Of a DNA stretch of 64,000 nucleotides, positions 20,019 through 28,314 are shown piece after piece; positions within the stretch are counted from its first letter, which is position 1; each line of letters starts with the position of its first letter. This stretch comes from SAR202 cluster bacterium. GTDB taxonomy: Bacteria > Chloroflexota > Dehalococcoidia > Lucifugimonadales > UBA826. The stretch is from positions 7,506-71,505 of the forward strand of contig VFFS01000089.1 of NCBI GenBank assembly GCA_009392815.1. Reading direction: 5' to 3'. A program made the translations under genes and the position numbers. Below the pieces are notes generated by a model. That model was not told where the DNA came from. It saw nothing but the letters and a program-made list of their open reading frames with translations, and made no database searches.

Positions 20019-20093
20019 GGCCCCATCGTCTAGCGGTCAGGACAGCGGCCTTTCAAGCCGCAAACACGGGTTCGATTCCCGTTGGGGTCACCA
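20019..20093 (+). tRNA. tRNA-Glu (anticodon UUC), CCA encoded
   Basis: Hand-folded cloverleaf. Acceptor GGCCCCA/TGGGGTC (one G-U pair), anticodon stem GCGGC/GCCGC with loop CTTTCAA, T-arm ACGGG-TTCGATT-CCCGT, discriminator A then CCA. Close resemblance to bacterial tRNA-Glu. Confidence 0.93.
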
Positions 20094-20113
20094 TTAATAT
20101 TGCTTTTATAGGC

Positions 20114-20752
20114 TTAGATGAAGTCTATGACAGCCCTCAAACCTAATATAATCGCGATCCCAATAAGTAGGGCACCACTACTCCTGCGGACCAAGCTCTC
20201 ACGGGCCTGAAATATCGAGGATAAAGATCTTTTTGTAAGAACCGATGCAATACCTGAATACCAAGCGGCATCTATGATCCCAGCTACTGCTCCAATTAAA
20301 ATCATTTCCAAAAATGCTGTGTCTTGACTCACGAATTGACTAAAAATGGCAACAAAAAAAACCGCGATTTTCGGATTGGACAAGGATAGAAGAAATCCCT
20401 CAGCTCCGGATTTTAAAAAAATCACTGCCTGGATAGGTGTTTTATTTTGATCCTGTAATTGAAGCACGTATTTATGCCTCAATGTCTGAATACCTATGTA
20501 AATTAGTAACAATATTCCAGCGAGTTGGAATATTAACATCAAGGCTTGCAGTGTCAGAAGAGCCTGTGCTATCCCTAGAACCGTTATGAACGCCCACAAG
20601 GAAATACCGATTCCATGTCCAATACTTGCCATTACACCATGAGACCTGGATCTCGCCATAGTCACACTAAATATAAAAGCCAGACTGGGCCCTGGAGATA
20701 TGGCTCCCAAAAAACAGATAAACCCTATTTGTATCCAATCTGAAATCTGCAC
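20114..20752 (-). CDS. LysE/RhtB-family amino-acid exporter
   Basis: 212 aa, about six TM helices, N-terminal ISPGPSLAF motif typical of the LysE family. Confidence 0.85.
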   Translation of the reverse strand: MQISDWIQIGFICFLGAISPGPSLAFIFSVTMARSRSHGVMASIGHGIGISLWAFITVLGIAQALLTLQALMLIFQLAGILLLIYIGIQTLRHKYVLQLQDQNKTPIQAVIFLKSGAEGFLLSLSNPKIAVFFVAIFSQFVSQDTAFLEMILIGAVAGIIDAAWYSGIASVLTKRSLSSIFQARESLVRRSSGALLIGIAIILGLRAVIDFI

Positions 20753-20830
20753 AGCTAATAGTCTCGCACCATCAAATGCTTCACCGATCTTACCCTAGGA
20801 AGGGAGTTAAGCGTTCGTGAAAGACTAAAT

Positions 20831-21349
20831 TCACAGTCCTGTAATTAATGGATCCCCAAATTTTTCTGAATGAATAACATCCTCAATGGGCTTACGCCGC
20901 TTCCGAAATCCAATTCTTTCATCTTTTGGAAACCCAAAAGGAATCACTGCCACAACTTCAAATGCGGGGGGAATATCTAAAAGAGTCCCTACGTCTTCCA
21001 TGCCAACCCAACCAGCCCAGTTCGAGCCAATACCCTCAGACCAAGCTGTAAGTATCATCGATTGGATGGCCCTACTTGCGTCAGATACCCCGTAAACAGA
21101 TGTCTTTTCTGTCGCTACAATAACAGCCATGGCAGCATCGGCAATGTATGGCCCTGAGCTAACAAGATCTCCCAATTTCTTAAGAAGATCCTTTCTTTGT
21201 ACCACTATAAAGTGCCAAGGTTGAGCGTTCATACTACTCCCGGTAAGCCGAGCGGACTCGACTATTCTTTGAACGGACTCCTCTGGCAATGTAATTGATT
21301 GAAACTCACGAACAGCCAGTACTGTTTTAACTGCATCATATGTTTCCAT
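20831..21349 (-). CDS. Nitroreductase-family flavoprotein
   Basis: 172 aa. Pattern RLTGSSMNAQPWHFIVV early in the protein and IPFGFP near the C-terminus, typical of the FMN nitroreductase fold. Confidence 0.8.
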   Translation of the reverse strand: METYDAVKTVLAVREFQSITLPEESVQRIVESARLTGSSMNAQPWHFIVVQRKDLLKKLGDLVSSGPYIADAAMAVIVATEKTSVYGVSDASRAIQSMILTAWSEGIGSNWAGWVGMEDVGTLLDIPPAFEVVAVIPFGFPKDERIGFRKRRKPIEDVIHSEKFGDPLITGL

Positions 21350-21489
21350 AAATCCCTCCTAATCTGCATTTCCCGATAACCATTACTACTATATATCCTG
21401 TAGCTGTTTCTTTTATGCTTTTCAAAGTAAAACTTAGTTACGAGTTATACTTCAGTGTGCTTACGGATCTAAAGAGAGATATTGTTTTC

Positions 21490-22752
21490 ATGATTCCTGA
21501 CTCCACAAAGAAAAAATACGATGTGGTCGTTTTAGGGGCGGGGGCAGCTGGACTAATGACTGCTATTACCGCGGGCTACAGAGGAAGATCCGTGTTAATC
21601 CTAGAACGCTCCAATATGCCTGGTAAGAAAATCTTGATGTCGGGAGGAGGTCGTTGCAATTTCACCAATGAGTATGTACATCCTGAAAACTTCTTGTCTG
21701 CAAATCCACACTTTTGTAAAGGGGCCCTTAGTAGGTACACCGCTGATGACTTTATACAACTGGTTGAACGACACAATATCAGATACGAGATGCGGAAAAA
21801 CAATCAACTTTTCTGTTTAGATTCCTCAAGTGACATTTTGGAAATGTTGCTTAAAGAATGCGCTTATGCAAACGTTACTATTGAAACCCACTCTGACGTC
21901 GATAAAATTTCCTACACGCAACAAGACAGCCCAGATGATGAGAGTGAATCTTACAAATACCTGCTCACAACCAAAAATAATGGGAAAAGATCGGGTTCTC
22001 AGATTGATTATGTAAGCTGCAAATCCCTGGTTATAGCCACCGGCGGGCTGTCTATACCTACATTGGGGGGCAGTGGATTTGGGTACGACTTGGCCAGTGA
22101 TTTTTCTCTAACTGTTACTGATTTACAGGCTGGCCTAGTCCCATTTACCCTTTCGGGTGAATTGGGTCAAATGGTGAAAAGGCTATCAGGGGTATCAACC
22201 AATGTAGAAATAAGCTGTAACAACAACACTTTTAAAGAAAATATCTTGTTTACACACCGAGGATTGAGCGGACCGGCAATTTTGCAGATCTCAAGCTATT
22301 GGGCCGCTGGACAAACTATTAGGATAAACCTCCTTCCTGATCAAAATGTAGCAACACAATTCTTGGAACAAAAAAGCAGACAGTCTCAGATTTTGCTTAA
22401 AACGTTTCTTTCACGATTCCTGCCTCGCTCTCTAGTTGAAGAATTGGAGAATACTTGGTGGAGTAACTTTTCCCGTATGCCCATTTCCAAAATCGCGGAT
22501 GAATCTCTTGTAAATATAGGAAATAACATAAATAACTGGAACCTGATTCCGGCTGGAACAGAAGGGTATAGGACAGCGGAAGTGACTAGGGGAGGGGTCT
22601 CCACCGAAAAAATCAGTTCAAAAACAATGGAGGTAAAAAACCAGCCAGGCCTATATTTCGTTGGCGAAGTATTGGATGTAACAGGCCACCTGGGTGGTTT
22701 CAATTTTCAGTGGGCGTGGTCCTCTGGATATGCCGCAGGCATTTGCGCATAG
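21490..22752 (+). CDS. HI0933/BaiN-like NAD(P)/FAD-dependent oxidoreductase
   Basis: YDVVVLGAGAAGLM dinucleotide fold, GGGRCNFTN, and C-terminal VGEVLDVTGHLGGFNFQWAWSSG. ATG 21490 chosen because the 25-codon upstream extension precedes the Rossmann start. Confidence 0.8.
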   Translation: MIPDSTKKKYDVVVLGAGAAGLMTAITAGYRGRSVLILERSNMPGKKILMSGGGRCNFTNEYVHPENFLSANPHFCKGALSRYTADDFIQLVERHNIRYEMRKNNQLFCLDSSSDILEMLLKECAYANVTIETHSDVDKISYTQQDSPDDESESYKYLLTTKNNGKRSGSQIDYVSCKSLVIATGGLSIPTLGGSGFGYDLASDFSLTVTDLQAGLVPFTLSGELGQMVKRLSGVSTNVEISCNNNTFKENILFTHRGLSGPAILQISSYWAAGQTIRINLLPDQNVATQFLEQKSRQSQILLKTFLSRFLPRSLVEELENTWWSNFSRMPISKIADESLVNIGNNINNWNLIPAGTEGYRTAEVTRGGVSTEKISSKTMEVKNQPGLYFVGEVLDVTGHLGGFNFQWAWSSGYAAGICA

Positions 22753-22789
22753 AATTTCTTAAACAAATTTCTCTCACCTATACTGAAAT

Positions 22790-25324
22790 TTAATCTGCCC
22801 TGAGATATTCAGTTTGCCTCGCCATTCTTTCATCATGTTCATCCGCAAACCTCTTCACCGCATTGAATATCGATTCGGGATCCAGATGAGCTTCCTTAAT
22901 CACCTCTTCTTCCGAGCCACCGGTAAGCCATTCATCATGCCAGTCAGAAACAAGAGAATACTCATCAGTGAGTGGTCCTGTGTTGGATACCGGCCACATG
23001 CGTTTAGTCCCGGTAGTAACAATCATTAAATCAAATTTAGCTGCATCAGGAAGTACGCTCTGAATATATTCAGAAGACTGGCGTCTAAAAAGCTCTTCAG
23101 AGATTGCTGAAATTATCCTTACATTTAAACCGGCTTCATCAATTCTTTGAATCTGGGAAACAAGATTGTTGGTGGAAGAGGAACCCTGCACCACTACATA
23201 ACCTTGCTTTGGCTTATTAGGATCGAAGTCCCTCAACAGATAAAAACCCTTTCTGGCAGCAAGTAAATCAGTATCTGCAAATTTAGACCGGTCTGCCACT
23301 GCAAAGTCAGGGCGGGCAACCTCAAGTACAATAACACCCACTTTCGGATCCCGTGCGGCTATGGTAGCTGCTTCAAGATATCCTGGGGCAACATCGTTGT
23401 AGTCCCAGAAACTAAGATTGATAATCTGGTCCCTTGGGAACAACTTCCACACCTGAGGAGAAAATATTCCAAAATGGGTTCGAGCATCAGCCGCGGTCTC
23501 TGGGCCGGAATGTCCTGCGAGCACGTTAAGCACCCCTAATCTGAAAGGACTGTCTTGATTCTGTTGGCTCCAGATTCTAACCGGTAGGTACATCAAGGGA
23601 GTGAAGGCCCCATAGGTTCCACTTAAGGCCCAAACTCCAGAATGCATCTTAGGATCGAGAGAGGCACTCTGACTCACCAATCCAATCGCCGTGGAAACAT
23701 TCCCAGCCTCTTGTATTGCTGCCCTTAAACGATTGCCTGCTGGATTCTTAACAGGGTCAAAATCTCCCCAAATTGATCCTTTTTCAACATTAATAGAATC
23801 TGCTAAATCAGCAGCCAATACTACTAATCGATTCTCCGTGACATAGTTAACCCATTTGGCGATTTCTGAAATAGCACGCCGACTTCCTCTCTTCACTCCT
23901 GGTTTCTCAAACAGGGTAATAGAAATATCCTTCTCTTCATTAGTATCTGGATGAATCGCTGTAACTGTGATTGGGTCCGTTGGTACATTATCAGGACTCA
24001 ATCGCTCATCCAGAAAAGGATCATTTGAATTGTCTATACGGAGAGGTACATTGTCGTCAACAGAATCACCTATCTCAACCAATCGATTTGACAGCCATTC
24101 ACCTAGTCCATCTTTCTCCAAAACAGACATTACTACGTCAATATTGGCCTTGTATTGCAAAATACGCTCTTTTTCACTGGAAGGTTCTCCGTCTGACAAA
24201 CCCTCAAATTTAACTCCGAACCTATCTTCGAATGTTTTAGCTAAAGCTACGAAGTAGTCTGAATTCATGGCAAAAGTATATGGGTGGCTCTCGTAACTGA
24301 TGATCTGTTCACCATATCCAGGTATCTGGCCCTCAATGGCACCAGGCCACCAACCTTTGGTTGTTCGACCTACCACGATCATCGGACGACGATCATTTGG
24401 ATCCCAATCTTCCATGGCCTTCATTACAGCAACGACTTGATCAAAGTCGTTAGCATCCTCTAGGGAGAAAACATTCCACCCATATGAACTCCACTGGTCA
24501 GCTATTCTGTAGGAATCTATCTCCGGAGGTATGACTCCTCCTATCAGCTCAGCGTCGATACCGGCGTTGTTGTACGACAACAATATCCTGAGTCTCTTAC
24601 CTACCTGTTGGGCTACAGCTTGGGTTTTCATCTCTTGAGAGTGACCTGATGTCATTGCGAACTCACCCTCAACACCAATGATTTTGGGAGATAGGTCAGC
24701 GCCGGCTATATCCCAAAAGGCAGCTTTACCTGCGGCGGTTGCTATACCTATTCCTGAAGGGCCCCCATTAACATCGTTGGTCAAGTCAGTACTTTCCGAA
24801 TGACCTGATAATGCCTTTATCCCTCTAAGCTTGGCCTGCTCCATCAGAGGGTGATCAGCCAGACCAACATCATTGAGCAAGTTTTTAAGGCCTTCTTGTC
24901 CTCTTCGAAATCCAAGACAGTCAATTGACATAAAACCGCTTGTAGGATCCGAATAATATTTTGAATCTCCTGTCAGTTGGTGGGACCTATATAAGGACTC
25001 ACCCAGAATCATCCAAAGAGCATAAGTCACCGGAGCATTATGGCCTCCAGCCAACAGAAATTTGTCAGAAAACGGATGTTTAGGGCGTCGGTAATCGTAC
25101 TTTAGGCCACCAAGTTCAGGGCCTACTAAATGGGTAGCGACAGTGTAGGGAGTATAAGCCAAGGGACCCCCAAAATGACCAGTCTGGCAATAATTGCCCA
25201 TCAAAACAAGGGTCATAGCCGTCATGTATGCTACGTCGTCCATTTTATCCCGGTCATAGTCGGGAAGAGCGATCTCAGTGTGAATTAAATCTGATGATAG
25301 TGTTAAGTTACTTATTGTTGCCAT
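22790..25324 (-). CDS. Transketolase-family ThDP enzyme, unusually long (844 aa)
   Basis: TGHFGGPLA..DKFLLAGGHNAPVTYAL matches the TK N-terminal pattern. ThDP motif variant GVEGEFAMTSGH..LLSYNNAGID. Pyr and C-terminal domains follow an extra insert of roughly 100 aa. Confidence 0.7.
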   Translation of the reverse strand: MATISNLTLSSDLIHTEIALPDYDRDKMDDVAYMTAMTLVLMGNYCQTGHFGGPLAYTPYTVATHLVGPELGGLKYDYRRPKHPFSDKFLLAGGHNAPVTYALWMILGESLYRSHQLTGDSKYYSDPTSGFMSIDCLGFRRGQEGLKNLLNDVGLADHPLMEQAKLRGIKALSGHSESTDLTNDVNGGPSGIGIATAAGKAAFWDIAGADLSPKIIGVEGEFAMTSGHSQEMKTQAVAQQVGKRLRILLSYNNAGIDAELIGGVIPPEIDSYRIADQWSSYGWNVFSLEDANDFDQVVAVMKAMEDWDPNDRRPMIVVGRTTKGWWPGAIEGQIPGYGEQIISYESHPYTFAMNSDYFVALAKTFEDRFGVKFEGLSDGEPSSEKERILQYKANIDVVMSVLEKDGLGEWLSNRLVEIGDSVDDNVPLRIDNSNDPFLDERLSPDNVPTDPITVTAIHPDTNEEKDISITLFEKPGVKRGSRRAISEIAKWVNYVTENRLVVLAADLADSINVEKGSIWGDFDPVKNPAGNRLRAAIQEAGNVSTAIGLVSQSASLDPKMHSGVWALSGTYGAFTPLMYLPVRIWSQQNQDSPFRLGVLNVLAGHSGPETAADARTHFGIFSPQVWKLFPRDQIINLSFWDYNDVAPGYLEAATIAARDPKVGVIVLEVARPDFAVADRSKFADTDLLAARKGFYLLRDFDPNKPKQGYVVVQGSSSTNNLVSQIQRIDEAGLNVRIISAISEELFRRQSSEYIQSVLPDAAKFDLMIVTTGTKRMWPVSNTGPLTDEYSLVSDWHDEWLTGGSEEEVIKEAHLDPESIFNAVKRFADEHDERMARQTEYLRAD

Positions 25325-25509
25325 AGCGTTGCACAGAACCTCAGGACAATGTGTTTATGTGATCTAACATCCAAGAAGTAGTCGATATCGCTTTCAGATT
25401 CAAACTTCGCTACCAGGCTTGAGAATTTGAGTCACACTTTTCCTTCGATCATGTTATTGGAGCCTACTTGCACAGTCAACAACATTCGAAGGGAATCTCG
25501 ATGATTTCT

Positions 25510-26904
25510 TTACGAAAAAGGATGTCTCATATGCCATTCCGTAGAGATCTCGTAGCTATATGCTATTTTGCATATAAGCTCCTCAGAAAGGGGCTTACCT
25601 ACAAGTTGAAGACTGGCTGGCATACCTTGGGATCCAAAACCACACGGGAGAGAAATGGTTGGATATCCATTATAGTCAAACGGAACAGTAAAACGCTGGA
25701 AACTCGTGCCCCTCATACTATCCATCGGGCCATAGTGGACGCTATCGTCTACTTCGTGGGGGAAATTTATGGTGGAGGGACATATCATGGCATCAATTTC
25801 ACTGAAAGCTTCGGAAATTAGAGTGTTGCATTTTATTCGATCATTGTTCGCCGCGATGTAATCCACTGCGCTTACCTCAGCCCCGTTTTCAAGCCATCCC
25901 TTAAACCACAGACCGTAATCCTCGGACCTTGAAGGATAATGCGCCGTGTGCGCGTCAAATGCCTCAGCGGAGCAGAGAACTTTCCATGCTCCTAAATAAT
26001 CTTCTACAGTTGGCATCTCCATATCGACAATCACCGCCCCTCTGTCCTTGAAAACTTCTAAAGTGTCTAGGACAAGGTTCGCAATTTCAGAATCCACATC
26101 GTCATAGGAGTAAGCATGGTCATACCCAATCCTGACTCCATTCAAATCCGTATTCTTGATCTCATCAACTGATACTGGCTGACTCGCACGTGTCGTTGCA
26201 TCATTCTCGTCCAGACCACTTATTGCATTCAATATAATTGCCGCATCAACAACATTTCTGGTCATAGGTCCGACATGGTCCAGGGACTGAGCAAGATCAA
26301 GGACTCCATACCTACTAACTCTTCCATATGTCGGTTTTATCCCAACAATTCCGCAGGCAGCACTTGGAAAACGAATTGAGCCTCCAGTGTCACTTCCTAA
26401 CGAACCAGTACATAATCCTGCCGCCGTTGCGGAACCAGATCCACTAGAAGACGAACCAGCCCATTTGGAAAAATTCCAAGGATTTTTTGGAGCCTGTCTC
26501 CTAGGATTATATCCACCCATTGCTCCCTCAGTAAGATTTAGTTTCCCTAGTAATACGGCACCTGCAGACTTTAATTTAGACACAACTGTAGAATCAAAGT
26601 CGGGAACAAAATCCTCAAGAACAGCCGTTCCTCCCATCGTTTTGGTACCTTTTGTGTAACAGAGGTCTTTAACAGCTATGGGAATACCATGCAGTGCTCC
26701 CAAATCTTTACCGTCTTTAAGCATTCGAGTAGCCGCTTCTGCCTCTTCAAGTGCTTGATCCCTCATGACAGTTGCGTAACTTAGTAGTTCCCTATCGATT
26801 TGTTCGATGCGAGACAACAAACTCTCAGTAACATCTATCGGGGTAACATCTGAAGTTCTATAGGCTTGTCCTATTTCCTCAGCCGATTGATAATGAAATG
26901 TCAT
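25510..26904 (-). CDS. Amidase (amidase-signature family)
   Basis: 464 aa. AS signature GSSSSGSGSATAAGLCTGSLGSDTGGSIRFPSA and upstream IAVKD catalytic Lys region. Confidence 0.9.
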   Translation of the reverse strand: MTFHYQSAEEIGQAYRTSDVTPIDVTESLLSRIEQIDRELLSYATVMRDQALEEAEAATRMLKDGKDLGALHGIPIAVKDLCYTKGTKTMGGTAVLEDFVPDFDSTVVSKLKSAGAVLLGKLNLTEGAMGGYNPRRQAPKNPWNFSKWAGSSSSGSGSATAAGLCTGSLGSDTGGSIRFPSAACGIVGIKPTYGRVSRYGVLDLAQSLDHVGPMTRNVVDAAIILNAISGLDENDATTRASQPVSVDEIKNTDLNGVRIGYDHAYSYDDVDSEIANLVLDTLEVFKDRGAVIVDMEMPTVEDYLGAWKVLCSAEAFDAHTAHYPSRSEDYGLWFKGWLENGAEVSAVDYIAANNDRIKCNTLISEAFSEIDAMICPSTINFPHEVDDSVHYGPMDSMRGTSFQRFTVPFDYNGYPTISLPCGFGSQGMPASLQLVGKPLSEELICKIAYSYEISTEWHMRHPFS

Positions 26905-26907
26905 GTT

Positions 26908-27117
26908 CTAACCGCAATACCGGCAGCGGGTATTATCACCACTAAAAATAAGTTCGGTGTCTGACTCCTCTAAGGCGTAGTCTAAGAGAATCCTCATGGC
27001 TTTTGACTCATCGGGAAGACCGAATTGTTCCACTTGTTCATTTATCCAATCTGCTTGCTCGCTTTCAATCTCAAAACTAACTGTGATTTTTCCTTGTGAC
27101 ATCATTAAACTCCTCAT
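26908..27117 (-). CDS. Small hypothetical protein with ribbon-helix-helix-like pattern
   Basis: 69-aa ORF (probably starting at MMSQGK). KITVSFEIESEQADWINEQVEQFG..DESKAMRILLDYALEE resembles strand-helix-helix; ends CRYCG. Its stop lies 3 nt before the amidase ATG. Confidence 0.4.
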   Translation of the reverse strand: MRSLMMSQGKITVSFEIESEQADWINEQVEQFGLPDESKAMRILLDYALEESDTELIFSGDNTRCRYCG

Positions 27118-27278
27118 TTCTCTTGGTCATCAATATAGTGCCCAAGATCTATCTTGACTGCGACGTCCCCATCATAATGGAACCGCATACATAAAACTAC
27201 GAAATGTGGTTAAGAACCAGGAAATGGATATAATCTCAGTGTTGGCATGCAAAAGAAACTTTTAAAAAGGGGTCACCA

Positions 27279-28313
27279 ATGACGGAAAAAGAGCACGATT
27301 GGGAATTTGGAGTAAGAGACGACGGCCATACAATAACTAGCGAAGCGGACCTGACTCCAGTGGTGTTAGGGGAAGGGGATTTCCGATACGAAGTCTCCGG
27401 CCATGACTGGGGAAATTTGCCTGATGGTTGGACATACAAAGAGGCAACTGCTGTGGATGTCGACTCCAAGGATAGAGTCTATGTTTTTAACCGTGGAACC
27501 ACCCCTATGATCGTATTTGATTCCAACGGAGATATTGTTGACACATGGGGAGAAGGAGTCTTTGCAAACCCTCATGGAGTAACAATTGGCCCTGACGATG
27601 AAGTTTACTGCGTGGATAATGGCGACCACACAGTTCGTAAATTTACTTCAGACGGTAAATTACTAATGACAATTGGAAATCCCGGAGAACCATCCGTTCC
27701 AATGAGCGGCATCCCATTCAATAGACCAACCCATGTGGCAATTGAGCCTGACACAGGAAATTTCTACGTGGCCGACGGCTATACAAATGCAAGTGTCCAT
27801 AAATACTCTCCTGACGGCAAATTGCTACTTTCATGGGGAGAATCAGGAACAAACCCTGGACAATTCAACATCGTACATGGGGTTAATGTTGATTCAAACG
27901 GATGGGTATACATTGCAGACAGGGAGAACCATCGAATCCAGGTTTTTGATAGTAACGGGAATTTCGAAACTCAGTGGGTTAATCTCTCACGCTCGGCTAT
28001 TACAACCATCAATTCGGTTTCTGGACAAGAGCTGATGTACATCGGGGAATATTTTGCAGGAATAGCATCCAACGATATGGGTACTGATCTTGGCCCGAGA
28101 ATATCTGTCGTAAATCTCAAAGGCGAAGTCCTTGCTCGCATAGGGCGCCAAAGCTACGGAGAGCAAAGTGGCAGGTTTTTCTCACCCCATGGAATCGCTG
28201 TTGATTCTAAGGGAGACATATACGTCGCAGAGGTCTCCTGGAGTGACTACGGCAGCAAAATGGAACCCCCACGTGAGTTACGGTCCATGCAAAAATTAGT
28301 GAAAGTCTCATAG
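27279..28313 (+). CDS. NHL-repeat six-bladed beta-propeller protein (peptidyl-alpha-hydroxyglycine lyase-like)
   Basis: 344 aa with six repeats of the type HGVNVDSNGWVYIADRENHRIQVFDSNGNF, PHGIAVDSKGDIYVAEVS and THVAIEPDTGNFYVADG. No signal peptide seen. Confidence 0.8.
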   Translation: MTEKEHDWEFGVRDDGHTITSEADLTPVVLGEGDFRYEVSGHDWGNLPDGWTYKEATAVDVDSKDRVYVFNRGTTPMIVFDSNGDIVDTWGEGVFANPHGVTIGPDDEVYCVDNGDHTVRKFTSDGKLLMTIGNPGEPSVPMSGIPFNRPTHVAIEPDTGNFYVADGYTNASVHKYSPDGKLLLSWGESGTNPGQFNIVHGVNVDSNGWVYIADRENHRIQVFDSNGNFETQWVNLSRSAITTINSVSGQELMYIGEYFAGIASNDMGTDLGPRISVVNLKGEVLARIGRQSYGEQSGRFFSPHGIAVDSKGDIYVAEVSWSDYGSKMEPPRELRSMQKLVKVS

Positions 28314-28314
28314 A

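Noticed and set aside
19900-20097. 65-aa ORF spanning the argC end and the tRNA
   Set aside because: It overlaps a well-folded tRNA-Glu and the argC 3' end, so it is not coding.
25451-25479. Sigma70-like promoter TTGACT-N17-TAACAT on the minus strand, upstream of the transketolase-like gene
   Set aside because: It is plausible, but one hexamer pair in an AT-rich 185-nt spacer is weak evidence and the lineage's promoter consensus is unknown. Not reported as a feature.
25468-25821. 117-aa plus-strand ORF
   Set aside because: It is mostly antisense to the 3' end of the amidase gene and has no motifs, so it is a shadow ORF.
26902-26910. The small RHH-like ORF and the amidase are in the same frame, separated only by TAG-AAC (possible readthrough or pyrrolysine fusion)
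   Set aside because: Sharing a frame has a one-in-three chance expectation. TAG is used as an ordinary stop elsewhere in the window (e.g. thiG, the NHL gene), and no pyl genes or PYLIS-like evidence are visible.
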